64,000 nucleotides of DNA from assembly GCA_964439835.1 (NCBI GenBank), contig CAYTPQ010000006.1, forward strand, positions 30,408 through 94,407, given 5' to 3'. The first letter of the stretch is position 1; the number at the start of each line of letters is the position of its first letter. Of this stretch, positions 56,177 through 64,000 are shown in pieces. Origin of the DNA: an uncultured Ectothiorhodospiraceae bacterium (GTDB taxonomy: Bacteria > Pseudomonadota > Gammaproteobacteria > JAABTG01). The notes under the pieces were generated by a model. It was given only the letters and a program-made list of their open reading frames with translations. It ran no database searches and was not told the origin of the DNA. The position numbers were made by a program, and so were the translations under genes.

Positions 56177-56296
56177 GAAAGACAACCGCCGAGGCGCAGA
56201 GGGCATGGACGAAGAGGGGGAGATTTGCTATCGCCCTTCGTGTTCTTCACGTCTCTGCGGTGATCCTCTCCCAGGGCCCCTCACGAAGGGCACCGG

Positions 56297-57211
56297 CTAC
56301 TCGCGTGCGCAGGCGCCCACGGACCCCGGCGCGCAGACCCGGCCGTCGACCCAGACCGCCCGGCTCAGCGTCGCGCCCTCCAGCCGTGCGCCGTCCAGCC
56401 GGGCCCGGGTGAGGTCCGCGTAGCTCAGGTCGGACCCCGACAGGTCGGCCCCGGTCAGCTCAACCAGCGACAGGTTCGCCCCGACCAGGGAGGCCCGGGA
56501 GAGGTCGGCGCCGCTGAGCCGGGCTCCCGCCAGGTCGGCGTAGGCGAGGTCGGCCCCCGCCAGTCGGGTGCGGACCATCTGCGCCTCCCGTGCCTTGGTC
56601 CCGCGCAAACTGGCGCCGGAGAGGTCGAGGCCGCTCGCCTCCAACGCCTCCAGGCGACACTCGTGCCAGTCGACCCCCGGCGCCGGGTCCGCGTTGCAGC
56701 GCAGGCCCGCGGGCGGGCGCGGGTCGGTCGACAGCACGGCCGCTGCTGCCACCATAATCAGCGCGAGCGCCAGCCCCACCCAGACCACCCGGCCCCGGCG
56801 CGACGGCGTCTGCCGGCGCAGACCCTGCAGGTACTCGGTGCGGTTGCGGCGCCGGCGCACCAGCGCCTCGGGCTCCGGCTGGCGGCGCTCGCGCCCCGAG
56901 CGGCGCTCGGCGATCTCCGGCGGCACGACCTGACCGGCACGCCGGTCCACACCGCTCCTCTCGTCCTCCCGCAGCCGCAGGCGCCACAGCGTGTCTTCGT
57001 CCGAGGCCTCGCGCACGGCCTGCGGCAGCAGTTCCGGGCGGTCGCCGAGCGGTACCCACACCACGCCGTCGCGACTCACCTCGTCGCCCAGCCGCACCCG
57101 CCCGAGGATGATGTGACGCGCGACCTGGGCGGCGGGAAACGGCCCGCGGACCTCCTCCGCGCGCCGGACGTACCACAAGGCACGCTCTTTCGCTGCTTCA
57201 GTGTCGGACAC
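56297..57211 (-). CDS. DUF4339 (GYF-like) - TM - pentapeptide-repeat protein
   Basis: GTG start. The N-terminus reads ALWYV...GPF...GRVRLGDEVSRDGVVWVPLGD, which is DUF4339-like. This is followed by an Arg-rich linker, one TM helix, then A(D/N)LxG pentapeptide repeats. Confidence 0.7.
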   Translation of the reverse strand: MSDTEAAKERALWYVRRAEEVRGPFPAAQVARHIILGRVRLGDEVSRDGVVWVPLGDRPELLPQAVREASDEDTLWRLRLREDERSGVDRRAGQVVPPEIAERRSGRERRQPEPEALVRRRRNRTEYLQGLRRQTPSRRGRVVWVGLALALIMVAAAAVLSTDPRPPAGLRCNADPAPGVDWHECRLEALEASGLDLSGASLRGTKAREAQMVRTRLAGADLAYADLAGARLSGADLSRASLVGANLSLVELTGADLSGSDLSYADLTRARLDGARLEGATLSRAVWVDGRVCAPGSVGACARE

Positions 57212-58571
57212 GGATGCCGATAGTCCTCGTCACGCGCAGCCCCCGTCGAACCGAGCCCTCTGGCCCGTGGACATCCCCCGCATCGCGCTCGATCCGGCCA
57301 CCGCGCCCGCGAAGGCCGCCAGCCCCGCGCTGAAGGCCTGGCAGGTCGGGCAGGTTCTCCAGCTCACGGTGCTGGAGGTGACGGCACCGGGGCGTGCCGT
57401 GCTGATGATGGCAGGCCAGCGCTTCGAGGCCCAGACCGAGGCGAGGCTCACCCCGGGCCAGCGGCTCACGGTTCGGGTCGAGACCCCCCAAGCACCCCAG
57501 GTCCTGCGGGTGCTGACCGCGACCGACGAGTCCGTCCAGGCAGCCGCTGCCCTGCGCCAGGCGGTCGCCGCGCTGCTCCCCGGCGCCGGCTCCGTGCGCG
57601 AGGCACTCGATGTCCTGTCCGCCCTCGCCCGCCCCCCACCGACCGCGACACCGGGAGCGAGCCCGCCACCCCCGGCAACGCCGGCCACGGCGGCAGCGCG
57701 GACACTGCTGTCGGCGCTGCCGACCCCCGCCGACGTCTCGACGGGGCCGGGCCTGCGGGCGGCAGTGGAGAACAGTGGCACGTTCCTCGAGGCCCGCCTG
57801 GCGGCCCTGTCGCCGGGGCAGCCCCCACCCCGCGCCGATCTGAAGGCTCAGCTGCTGGGGCTGGCCAACCTGCTCCCGAGGGCGACCGGGCGACCCGAAG
57901 CTTTAGGCCTCCCGCGCCCCGCGCCGGCGACGGGCACCGCCCTGGACGCCCATGTGGCGGGTCCCCCTCAGCCGGCCGGCCGGTCCGCACCGTCACCTAC
58001 CGACCCTGGGGCCGCGGTCCCCGCGGCCCCGGGGGCAGGACGGCCCGAGGGGCGACCAGTACGGGAGCCGCAGACGCCGACCGCCGCCCCCCCGGCCAAC
58101 CCCCTGCCCCACGAGGCCCGGGCGGGCGCCGAAGCGGAGGCGGCCGTTGCCCGCATCGAGCTCAATCAGCTGCGGGCGGTGCCGCGCGGCGAAGGTGCCC
58201 CCCCCGGCTGGCTGGTCGAGGTCCCGGTGCGCTCGGGGGATCACCAGGACCTGCTCGCGCTCCGCATCGACCCCGACCCCCGGACCGACCCCGACGGCCG
58301 CCCGCGCGGCTGGTCCGTCTTCCTGTCCCTTGACCTGCCCGAGCTCGGTCCTATCCAGGCGCGGGTCGGGTGGCGGGCCGGCGCCGTGACCGCCACCCTC
58401 TGGGCGGAGCACCCGGAGACCCTCGAACGGCTCGGCCGGCACAGCGGCGAGCTTGCCGACGCCCTACGCGCGGCCGGTCTGGAGCCCGCGGCGATCCGCT
58501 GCCTGCCGGGGCCGGGGCCCGACCCGCGTCCGCCCCCACTGCCCGACGCCCTGCTGGACCTCCGCGCGTGA
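57201..58571 (+). CDS. FliK-like flagellar hook-length control protein homologue (non-flagellar context)
   Basis: The C-terminal region (GWLVEVPVRSGDHQDLLALRIDPD...) is Flg_hook-like, with a long Pro/Ala-rich middle. The start is uncertain, because the GTG at 57201 would overlap the divergent upstream gene by 11 nt. Confidence 0.55.
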   Translation: MSDTDADSPRHAQPPSNRALWPVDIPRIALDPATAPAKAASPALKAWQVGQVLQLTVLEVTAPGRAVLMMAGQRFEAQTEARLTPGQRLTVRVETPQAPQVLRVLTATDESVQAAAALRQAVAALLPGAGSVREALDVLSALARPPPTATPGASPPPPATPATAAARTLLSALPTPADVSTGPGLRAAVENSGTFLEARLAALSPGQPPPRADLKAQLLGLANLLPRATGRPEALGLPRPAPATGTALDAHVAGPPQPAGRSAPSPTDPGAAVPAAPGAGRPEGRPVREPQTPTAAPPANPLPHEARAGAEAEAAVARIELNQLRAVPRGEGAPPGWLVEVPVRSGDHQDLLALRIDPDPRTDPDGRPRGWSVFLSLDLPELGPIQARVGWRAGAVTATLWAEHPETLERLGRHSGELADALRAAGLEPAAIRCLPGPGPDPRPPPLPDALLDLRA

Positions 58572-58858
58572 GCCCCGACCGAACGCCGCCGACGGCCGTC
58601 GCCCTGCGCTACGACGGAAGCAGCGCGCCGCGGGTCACCGCGACCGGACGCGGCGAGGTGGCGGACCGCATCCTCGCCATCGCCCGCGAGCACGGGATCC
58701 CGATCCGCCAGGACCGCAACTTGGTGCAGCTGCTCGCCCTGGTCGAGCTCGGCGACGAGGTGCCCCCCGAGCTCTACCGCGCAGTCGCCGAGGTCATCGC
58801 CTTCGCTTACCGCCTCTCCGGCAAGGGTCTATCCGAGCGCCCCGTCGACCGACGGTAG
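58568..58858 (+). CDS. FlhB C-terminal domain-like (EscU/YscU/HrcU family) small protein
   Basis: GTG overlapping the preceding stop, 96 aa. ALRYDGSSAPRVTATGRGEVADRILAIAREHGIPIRQDRNLVQLL matches the FlhB cytoplasmic switch region (COG2257-like). Confidence 0.7.
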   Translation: MSPDRTPPTAVALRYDGSSAPRVTATGRGEVADRILAIAREHGIPIRQDRNLVQLLALVELGDEVPPELYRAVAEVIAFAYRLSGKGLSERPVDRR

Positions 58859-58980
58859 GCGACTCTCGAGCCCCTCGCTCTGGCAGCGGGCGTCAGGCCG
58901 AGAGTCCGGGCCAAGGTCCGGCGGGGCCGCACGCGGGGACTCAGGCCCGCCCCGGGGTTGCAGCCCTTCCCCTCCGCGCA

Positions 58981-59703
58981 TCACTCTCCGCCGAGTGCCC
59001 GGGCCCGCGCCGCGGCCGAGGCGGCCTCCTGCGCATCGCCGGCGCGCTCCTTCGCCTGGGCGATGACCCGCCAGTTGCGGGCCTGCAGCCCCGTGTCCGC
59101 GGTCAGCGCGTTGCTGCGGGCGGCCAGCTGGGCGGCCTGGTCGTCCTGGCGCTGGAACAGTCGGACCAGGGCCAGCTGGTGCCACACCCAGGGGTTGTCG
59201 GGCTCGATCCGCAGCGCCCGCTCCAGGCTGGCCGAGGCCTGCTCCAGGTCGCCGGCGCGGGACTGCTGCCCGGCCTGGGTCGTCAGCGCCGCCACCGCCG
59301 GGCTGCGGGAAGGCACAGCCCGCGGCAGACCCCGCTCCGGCGCGGGTGGGGTCACTGCCGCCGGTGGAGTGGGTAGGGGCTGGGCCGGCGGCGGCGGCGG
59401 CGGTGGCAGTCGCGTCTCAAACGGGTCGCGCGGTGGGGGCGCCGGCACGGTGGGAACCGCCACCGGCGGCAACGGCATCGCGACGATCTCGGCCGGCTCG
59501 GGGGCGGGCAGCGGTGCCGCGACCGGCGGCGCGGGTGAGCGGGACTCCGGCCGGGGAGCGGCCGGTGGCCGTGGCGAGGGCCGCGAGGCCGAGGTCACCG
59601 GCCGGTCCTCAACCGATACAGTCGTGCCGCGGTCGCCCGCCACCAGCGCGCAGCCCGCGAGCAGCAGGACCGCTGGCCACAGCAGGACGCGCGCGGCCCG
59701 CAC
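58981..59703 (-). CDS. lpoP: LpoP-like outer-membrane lipoprotein (Pro-rich linker + TPR), putative PBP1B activator
   Basis: Lipobox LLAGC, a Pro-rich region of about 110 aa, and a C-terminal TPR-like region. It is immediately downstream of mrcB, as in Pseudomonas. Confidence 0.55.
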   Translation of the reverse strand: MRAARVLLWPAVLLLAGCALVAGDRGTTVSVEDRPVTSASRPSPRPPAAPRPESRSPAPPVAAPLPAPEPAEIVAMPLPPVAVPTVPAPPPRDPFETRLPPPPPPPAQPLPTPPAAVTPPAPERGLPRAVPSRSPAVAALTTQAGQQSRAGDLEQASASLERALRIEPDNPWVWHQLALVRLFQRQDDQAAQLAARSNALTADTGLQARNWRVIAQAKERAGDAQEAASAAARARALGGE

Positions 59704-59706
59704 CGG

Positions 59707-62010
59707 TCAACCCTCCCCGAACAGCAGATCCAGCGGATTCGAGCCGCCGCCGCGGCAGCCGCCGTCGGGCAGGACGGTCCCACTGAGGAACGGGAGGCGG
59801 ACCGCCCCCGGACAGCCCTCCTCGACCTGGACGCCGGCCTCGGCGTCCACCCAGCGCCACTCAACCCCGGCCGGCGCCGCGGGGGCCCAGGCGGCCGGAG
59901 CGAGTCCGGCCATCAGGTCGACCCAGACCTCAAGGGCCCCGTCCGCGCCGGTGAGGCCGGTCGGCTTGTTGTCGTCGCGTCCGACCCAGACCACGGCCAG
60001 GCGGTCGCCGCCGAACCCGGCGAACCAACTATCCCGCAGGTCGTCGGTGCTCCCGGTCTTGCCCGCGAGGGCGGGCGCCCCCGCGAGGCGGCGGTAGGGC
60101 CGTTGCCCCGTGCCCTCCCGCAGGACCGCCAACATCAGGGTATCGAGCAGGTACACCGGGGCCGGCTCGAAGGCCTGCTCGACCGAGAGACCGTAGCGCT
60201 TGAGCGGCTTGTGGTCCGGCCCCGTGACCTCGCGGATGGCACGCAGCGGGATCCGGAAGCCGAGACCCGCCAGCGTCTGGTACATCTGGGCGGTCTCCAG
60301 CGGCGACAGGTCGAGCGCCCCCAGCAGGACCGAAGGGTACGGGGGTATGTCCCGCGCCACGCCCAGGCCGGTCAGGGTGCGCGCCACCTTGCGCAGTCCC
60401 ACCTGTAGACCCAGGTTGACCGTGGCCAGGTTGTAGGACCGGGCCAGGGCCGTCTGTACGGTGACCTCGCCGTGGGTGCGCTGATCGTAATTCTGGGGGG
60501 TCCAGACCTGGCCTGGCGCCGCCTTCACCCGCACCGGCTCGTCCCGCAGCCGGCTGATCGGACTGAAGCCCTCGCCCGGCAGCAGCGCCGAGAGGTACAC
60601 CGCCGGCTTGACCAGCGAACCGATAGGGCGCTGGGCGTCGAGGGCCCGGTTGAAACCGGGCCGCTGGGCGTCGCGCCCGCCGACCACAGCCAGGATCTCG
60701 CCGGTCTTGGGGTCGGCCACCACCACGGCCCCCTCGAGCGTCCCGGCGGTGATCCGGCGCGCACGCTCAATCGCCGCGAGCCGCTGGCTGAGGGCCCGTT
60801 CCGCCTGGGCCTGCACCGGCGGGGCAAGGGTGGTGAAGATCTGCAGCCCCTCGCTGCGCAGGTCCTCTTCCCGATAGTCCTGAACGAGCTGCCGGCGCAC
60901 CAGGTCGAGGAAGGCCGGAAACGGCGAGTTGGCGAAGCCCGGGTCCGGCCGCACCCCGAGGGGCGCCGCGCGGGCCGTCCGGGCCTGCTCCGCGCCGATA
61001 TAGCCTTGAGCCAGCATCTGCTCGATGACCAGGTTACGCCGCTCCACGGCGCGCGTCGCCGAGCGTCGGGGGTTGTACTGGATCGGGCCGCGGGCCAGGC
61101 CCACGAGCAACGCGACCTCGTGCAGCCGCAGCTCCTGCAGCGGCCGGCCGAAATAGAACTCGGAGGCCAGCCCGAACCCGTGCACGGCCCGGGGCCCCTG
61201 CTGCCCGAGGTAGACCTCGTTCAGGTAGGCCTCCAGGATCTCGTCCTTGCCGTACCGGCGCTCGAGCAGCAGCGCCATCAGGGCCTCGTTGAACTTGCGC
61301 CAGACCGTGCGTTCCTGGGTCAGGAAGTAGTTCTTGACCAGCTGCTGGGTCAGGGTGCTGCCGCCCTGGACCACGCCGCCCGCGCGCACGTTGGCCCACA
61401 GCGCCCGCGCGATGCCCTTCGGGTCGAGGCCCCAGTGGTCGTAGAAGCCGCGGTCCTCGACCGCCAGCAGGCCCTTGACCAGCGTCGGCGGCACCTCGGC
61501 AAGCCGGACCAGGATCCGGTCCTCGTGGTGGCTGGGGTAGATGCGGCCGATCTCGAGCGGCTCGAGCCGCACCAGGGCTACGTCGGTCCCACCGTCCGCG
61601 CTCACCCGCTGCACGCGGTCGCCGCCAAAGGCCAGCCGGACCCGGCGCGAGGGCTCGGATCCGTCCCAGAAGCGAAACTCGCGGACGAAGACCTCGACGT
61701 TACCGGCGTCCTTGCGGTTGTAGCTGCCGGGACGCTCGAGCCGGGTGGTCTTCTGGTAGCCCAGACGCTCCAGTTCCTGAACCAGCTCGGCCGAGGTGAG
61801 CCGCAGGTCCGGGTAGAGCTCCAGGGGGCGGGCGTAGATCCGCGCCGGAAGCGCCCAGCGCTTGCCCTCGAACTGGGCGCGGATGACCTGGTCGAGCCAG
61901 ACCCCGTACGCCGCCACGGCCACGAGCGCCACCAGGCCCGCCACCAGGAGGCCCGCGGCCAGGCCGCTGACGCGGGCGGAGCGCGCCTTCCTCTTGCGTG
62001 ATGGAGCCAT
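59707..62010 (-). CDS. mrcB: Penicillin-binding protein 1B (bifunctional transglycosylase/transpeptidase)
   Basis: 767-aa product with an N-terminal TM helix, a UB2H-like region, a GT51 domain (EDRGFYDHWG, QGGSTLTQQ) and a TPase domain (SxxK). Confidence 0.85.
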   Translation of the reverse strand: MAPSRKRKARSARVSGLAAGLLVAGLVALVAVAAYGVWLDQVIRAQFEGKRWALPARIYARPLELYPDLRLTSAELVQELERLGYQKTTRLERPGSYNRKDAGNVEVFVREFRFWDGSEPSRRVRLAFGGDRVQRVSADGGTDVALVRLEPLEIGRIYPSHHEDRILVRLAEVPPTLVKGLLAVEDRGFYDHWGLDPKGIARALWANVRAGGVVQGGSTLTQQLVKNYFLTQERTVWRKFNEALMALLLERRYGKDEILEAYLNEVYLGQQGPRAVHGFGLASEFYFGRPLQELRLHEVALLVGLARGPIQYNPRRSATRAVERRNLVIEQMLAQGYIGAEQARTARAAPLGVRPDPGFANSPFPAFLDLVRRQLVQDYREEDLRSEGLQIFTTLAPPVQAQAERALSQRLAAIERARRITAGTLEGAVVVADPKTGEILAVVGGRDAQRPGFNRALDAQRPIGSLVKPAVYLSALLPGEGFSPISRLRDEPVRVKAAPGQVWTPQNYDQRTHGEVTVQTALARSYNLATVNLGLQVGLRKVARTLTGLGVARDIPPYPSVLLGALDLSPLETAQMYQTLAGLGFRIPLRAIREVTGPDHKPLKRYGLSVEQAFEPAPVYLLDTLMLAVLREGTGQRPYRRLAGAPALAGKTGSTDDLRDSWFAGFGGDRLAVVWVGRDDNKPTGLTGADGALEVWVDLMAGLAPAAWAPAAPAGVEWRWVDAEAGVQVEEGCPGAVRLPFLSGTVLPDGGCRGGGSNPLDLLFGEG

Positions 62011-62052
62011 GGCCCCCGGATTCTACCAGGGGCACGGGGACAGGCGGCCGTG

Positions 62053-62472
62053 CTACCCGGCGGCGGAGCGTCGCGGCTGGGGCAACGGCGTCGCGACCCC
62101 CCCGCTCTGGTGCAGGATCTGGATCAGCTCGGCCTCGCCCCGGGGCAACCCGCAGGTGGAGACCAGCTCGTCCACGCTCGCGCCGCGGCTCGCGAGGCGG
62201 ATCGCCTGGTGGTACACGCGCTGGTCCGGCTCTCGCAGCGAGAGCTCGTCCTGGCGCTCGGTGAGCCGGCGGAGCTTCTCCTCCAGATGCACCACCGCGT
62301 CGCCCATGCCGCGGGCGCCGAGGCAGATGGCCTGCATGTCCCGCTCTAGACCTCGCAAGAACGTCTCCTGCCGCGCCAGCCTCGCCTTCAGCCGACGCAC
62401 GTAGGCCGTGGCACCGGCGGAAACGGCGGCGAGGGCGCTCAGGCTCAGGATCAGGGGCCAGCTCGCGTCCAT
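62053..62472 (-). CDS. DUF2802 domain protein (chemotaxis-locus associated)
   Basis: 139-aa product with an N-terminal TM helix and a coiled region. It lies downstream of cheW, as in the Pseudomonas motCD-cheW cluster. Confidence 0.65.
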   Translation of the reverse strand: MDASWPLILSLSALAAVSAGATAYVRRLKARLARQETFLRGLERDMQAICLGARGMGDAVVHLEEKLRRLTERQDELSLREPDQRVYHQAIRLASRGASVDELVSTCGLPRGEAELIQILHQSGGVATPLPQPRRSAAG

Positions 62473-62681
62473 GGGCGCTCGACCTCAGGCGTACTCGTCC
62501 ACGTGGGGGTCCTGCGTCCCGCCTGAGTCCTCGCGGGACGCCGGTGTGCCGGGGGCGCGGGGCGGTGTCCGTTCCCGGGGCCGCGATGGGCGGGGTTCCC
62601 CGCGCCCGCCGTCGCCGCCCACCGGCCGCACCGGCCAGGACTGCGTTGGCCCACGCAGGGGCAGCGTATCCGGCACCACCT

Positions 62682-63185
62682 TCAGCCTCCCCCGGCGGGC
62701 CCCGTCGGCTCACCCGGGCGGTCGCCGGCCAACAGGCGACTCAGGTCAACCAGCACGACCAGTCGATCGTCCTGGCTGTAGACCCCCTGGATGTACCGGG
62801 AGCCCTCCTCGCTGCCGACGGTCGGGGCCGTCTCGACCCGGGCGGTGTCGAGCTCGAACACCTCTGCCACGCTGTCCACCAGAATGCCGACGACCTGGCC
62901 ATCGACCTCCAGGATCACGATGCGGGTGGCGTCGTCCGCTTGACGCGGGGGCAGACCGAAGAGCCTGCGGGTATCCACCACGGTGACGACGTTCCCGCGC
63001 AGGTTGATGATGCCGAGCACATAGTCCGGCGCCCCCGGAACCGGCGCCACCTCCGTGAGCTTCAGCACCTCCTGCACCTGCATGACGTTCACGCCGTAGG
63101 TCTCCCCTTCCAGGGAGAAGGTGACCCACCGCGACTGTCCGACAGTCGCGCCCGGGGCGGGCACCGACGCCGCGTTGCTCTTCAT
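62682..63185 (-). CDS. cheW: Chemotaxis coupling protein CheW
   Basis: 167-aa product with the CheW-like domain (FGVNVMQVQEVL...GIINLRGNVVTVVD). Confidence 0.85.
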   Translation of the reverse strand: MKSNAASVPAPGATVGQSRWVTFSLEGETYGVNVMQVQEVLKLTEVAPVPGAPDYVLGIINLRGNVVTVVDTRRLFGLPPRQADDATRIVILEVDGQVVGILVDSVAEVFELDTARVETAPTVGSEEGSRYIQGVYSQDDRLVVLVDLSRLLAGDRPGEPTGPAGGG

Positions 63186-63307
63186 GCGCTTGTCCCCTCG
63201 ATGGCCATCCCGTCAAGGATCCGGCGATCACGCCGCTCCCCAGGGCTGGATGCACTGATCGTGCCGAACGACCTCCTCGCGACGCGCTCCGATCAGACGA
63301 ACGCCTG

Positions 63308-64000
63308 TCAACGGTTGCCGGGGCGTAGCAGCAGCTCCTCCCCCGACGGCACCGGCACCGGCGAGTACGGCAATGGCGATACGGCGGTCCCCAACGCCTG
63401 CGCCGGGTCATCGACCCGTTCCCGGGCCCGCGGCGCGGCGGTGACCACCACCACCACCCGCCGGTTTCGACTGCGGCCGTCCGCCGTCGCGTTGTCGGCC
63501 ACCGGGCGGTGCTCGCCGTAGCCGACGGCCACCATCCGGTCGGGGCGCACGCCGTTGCGCGTGTAGACGTGGACCACGCTCGCCGCGCGTCCGGCCGACA
63601 GCTCCCAGTTCGAGGGGAAGACCTCGGTGTTGATCGGGACGTTGTCCGTGAAGCCCTCGACTTGGACCGGATTGGGGAAGGTCCGCAGGACCTCCGACAG
63701 GTCGCGCAGGACCGGCAGTGCCGTGTCCACCAGCTTCGCGCTGCCGCTGGGGAACAGCAGGCTGGTCTTGATCTCGACCTCCACGCCGTTCTCCACGCTG
63801 CGCACGTCCACCAGCCCCCGATCGATCAGGTCGCCGAGCGCCTTCTCGATCCGCTGGGCGACGGCCTCGCGGTCGGCCGGGCGCGCCCCGGGTTCCTGAC
63901 CCTCCTGGCCGACGTTGCGCTCGGGCCCCTCCCCGCTCTGGGCCTCGCCCGTCTGCAGCTCGCCGCCCTTGCCCTCCCGCTCCTGCGGCGTCTGGGCCGA
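63308..64000 (-). CDS. motB: Flagellar motor stator protein MotB/MotD (5' end outside window)
   Basis: OmpA-like C-terminal domain (FPSGSAKL...GRSRNRRVVVV). The reading frame stays open to the window edge at 64000. The ORF-track M at 63811 is an internal GTG. Confidence 0.75.
   Translation of the reverse strand, partial: SAQTPQEREGKGGELQTGEAQSGEGPERNVGQEGQEPGARPADREAVAQRIEKALGDLIDRGLVDVRSVENGVEVEIKTSLLFPSGSAKLVDTALPVLRDLSEVLRTFPNPVQVEGFTDNVPINTEVFPSNWELSAGRAASVVHVYTRNGVRPDRMVAVGYGEHRPVADNATADGRSRNRRVVVVVTAAPRARERVDDPAQALGTAVSPLPYSPVPVPSGEELLLRPGNR

Noticed and set aside
59100-59650. Repetitive CCG/GCC-rich DNA in the lpoP and FliK-like linkers, considered as a possible array or CRISPR
   Set aside because: There are no regular direct repeats with unique spacers. 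It is a coding Pro/Ala low-complexity region.

Overview
High-GC (~68-70%) chromosomal segment that looks gammaproteobacterial (Chromatiales/Ectothiorhodospiraceae- or Pseudomonas-like gene order), made up almost entirely of core housekeeping genes. The six-frame track also contains many Arg/Pro-rich antisense ORFs, which I treat as GC-driven artefacts. Gene order, start to end: pntA(3' end)-pntB; convergent serS; DUF190-crcB; rarA-lolA-ftsK; trxB; a GNAT(COG3146)-aat-ate-infA block; a PPP-family phosphatase; kdsB-ycaR-lpxK-exbD-exbB (LPS cluster); a divergent GT-B-like glycosyltransferase; comEC; DUF2062; lolD-lolC; tsaB-yoaA; a small PD-(D/E)xK-like hypothetical; PAS-GGDEF; ygfX-sdhE; an orphan PspF-type sigma-54 activator; a Tat-signal CPxCGM protein preceded by a readable sigma-54 -24/-12 promoter; sdhCDAB; ygfZ; aguA-aguB; an alpha/beta hydrolase; a 1143-aa MFS-acyltransferase-acyl-ACP-synthetase fusion (lplT-aas fused); a BASS transporter; the metY(tRNA-fMet)-rimP-nusA-infB-rbfA-truB-rpsO-pnp operon; two hypothetical ORFs; yhcB/zapG; the three-gene AmmeMemoRadiSam system (amrS divergent from amrB-amrA); a DUF4339-pentapeptide membrane protein; an orphan FliK-like/FlhB-C-terminal-like pair; lpoP-like TPR lipoprotein-mrcB(PBP1B); DUF2802-cheW-motB(partial). 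No CRISPR array, no rRNA and no clear mobile element were seen. The candidates I consider most worth follow-up are the sigma-54 activator plus sigma-54-promoted Tat/CPxCGM gene inserted between the sdhE-ygfX and sdhCDAB modules, the function-unknown AmmeMemoRadiSam triad, and the non-flagellar FliK-like/FlhB_C-like pair next to a DUF4339-pentapeptide protein. CDS coordinates follow the ORF track. Non-ORF coordinates were hand-indexed from the printed sequence and may be off by 1-2 nt, because I hit a 1-nt indexing disagreement in two places.
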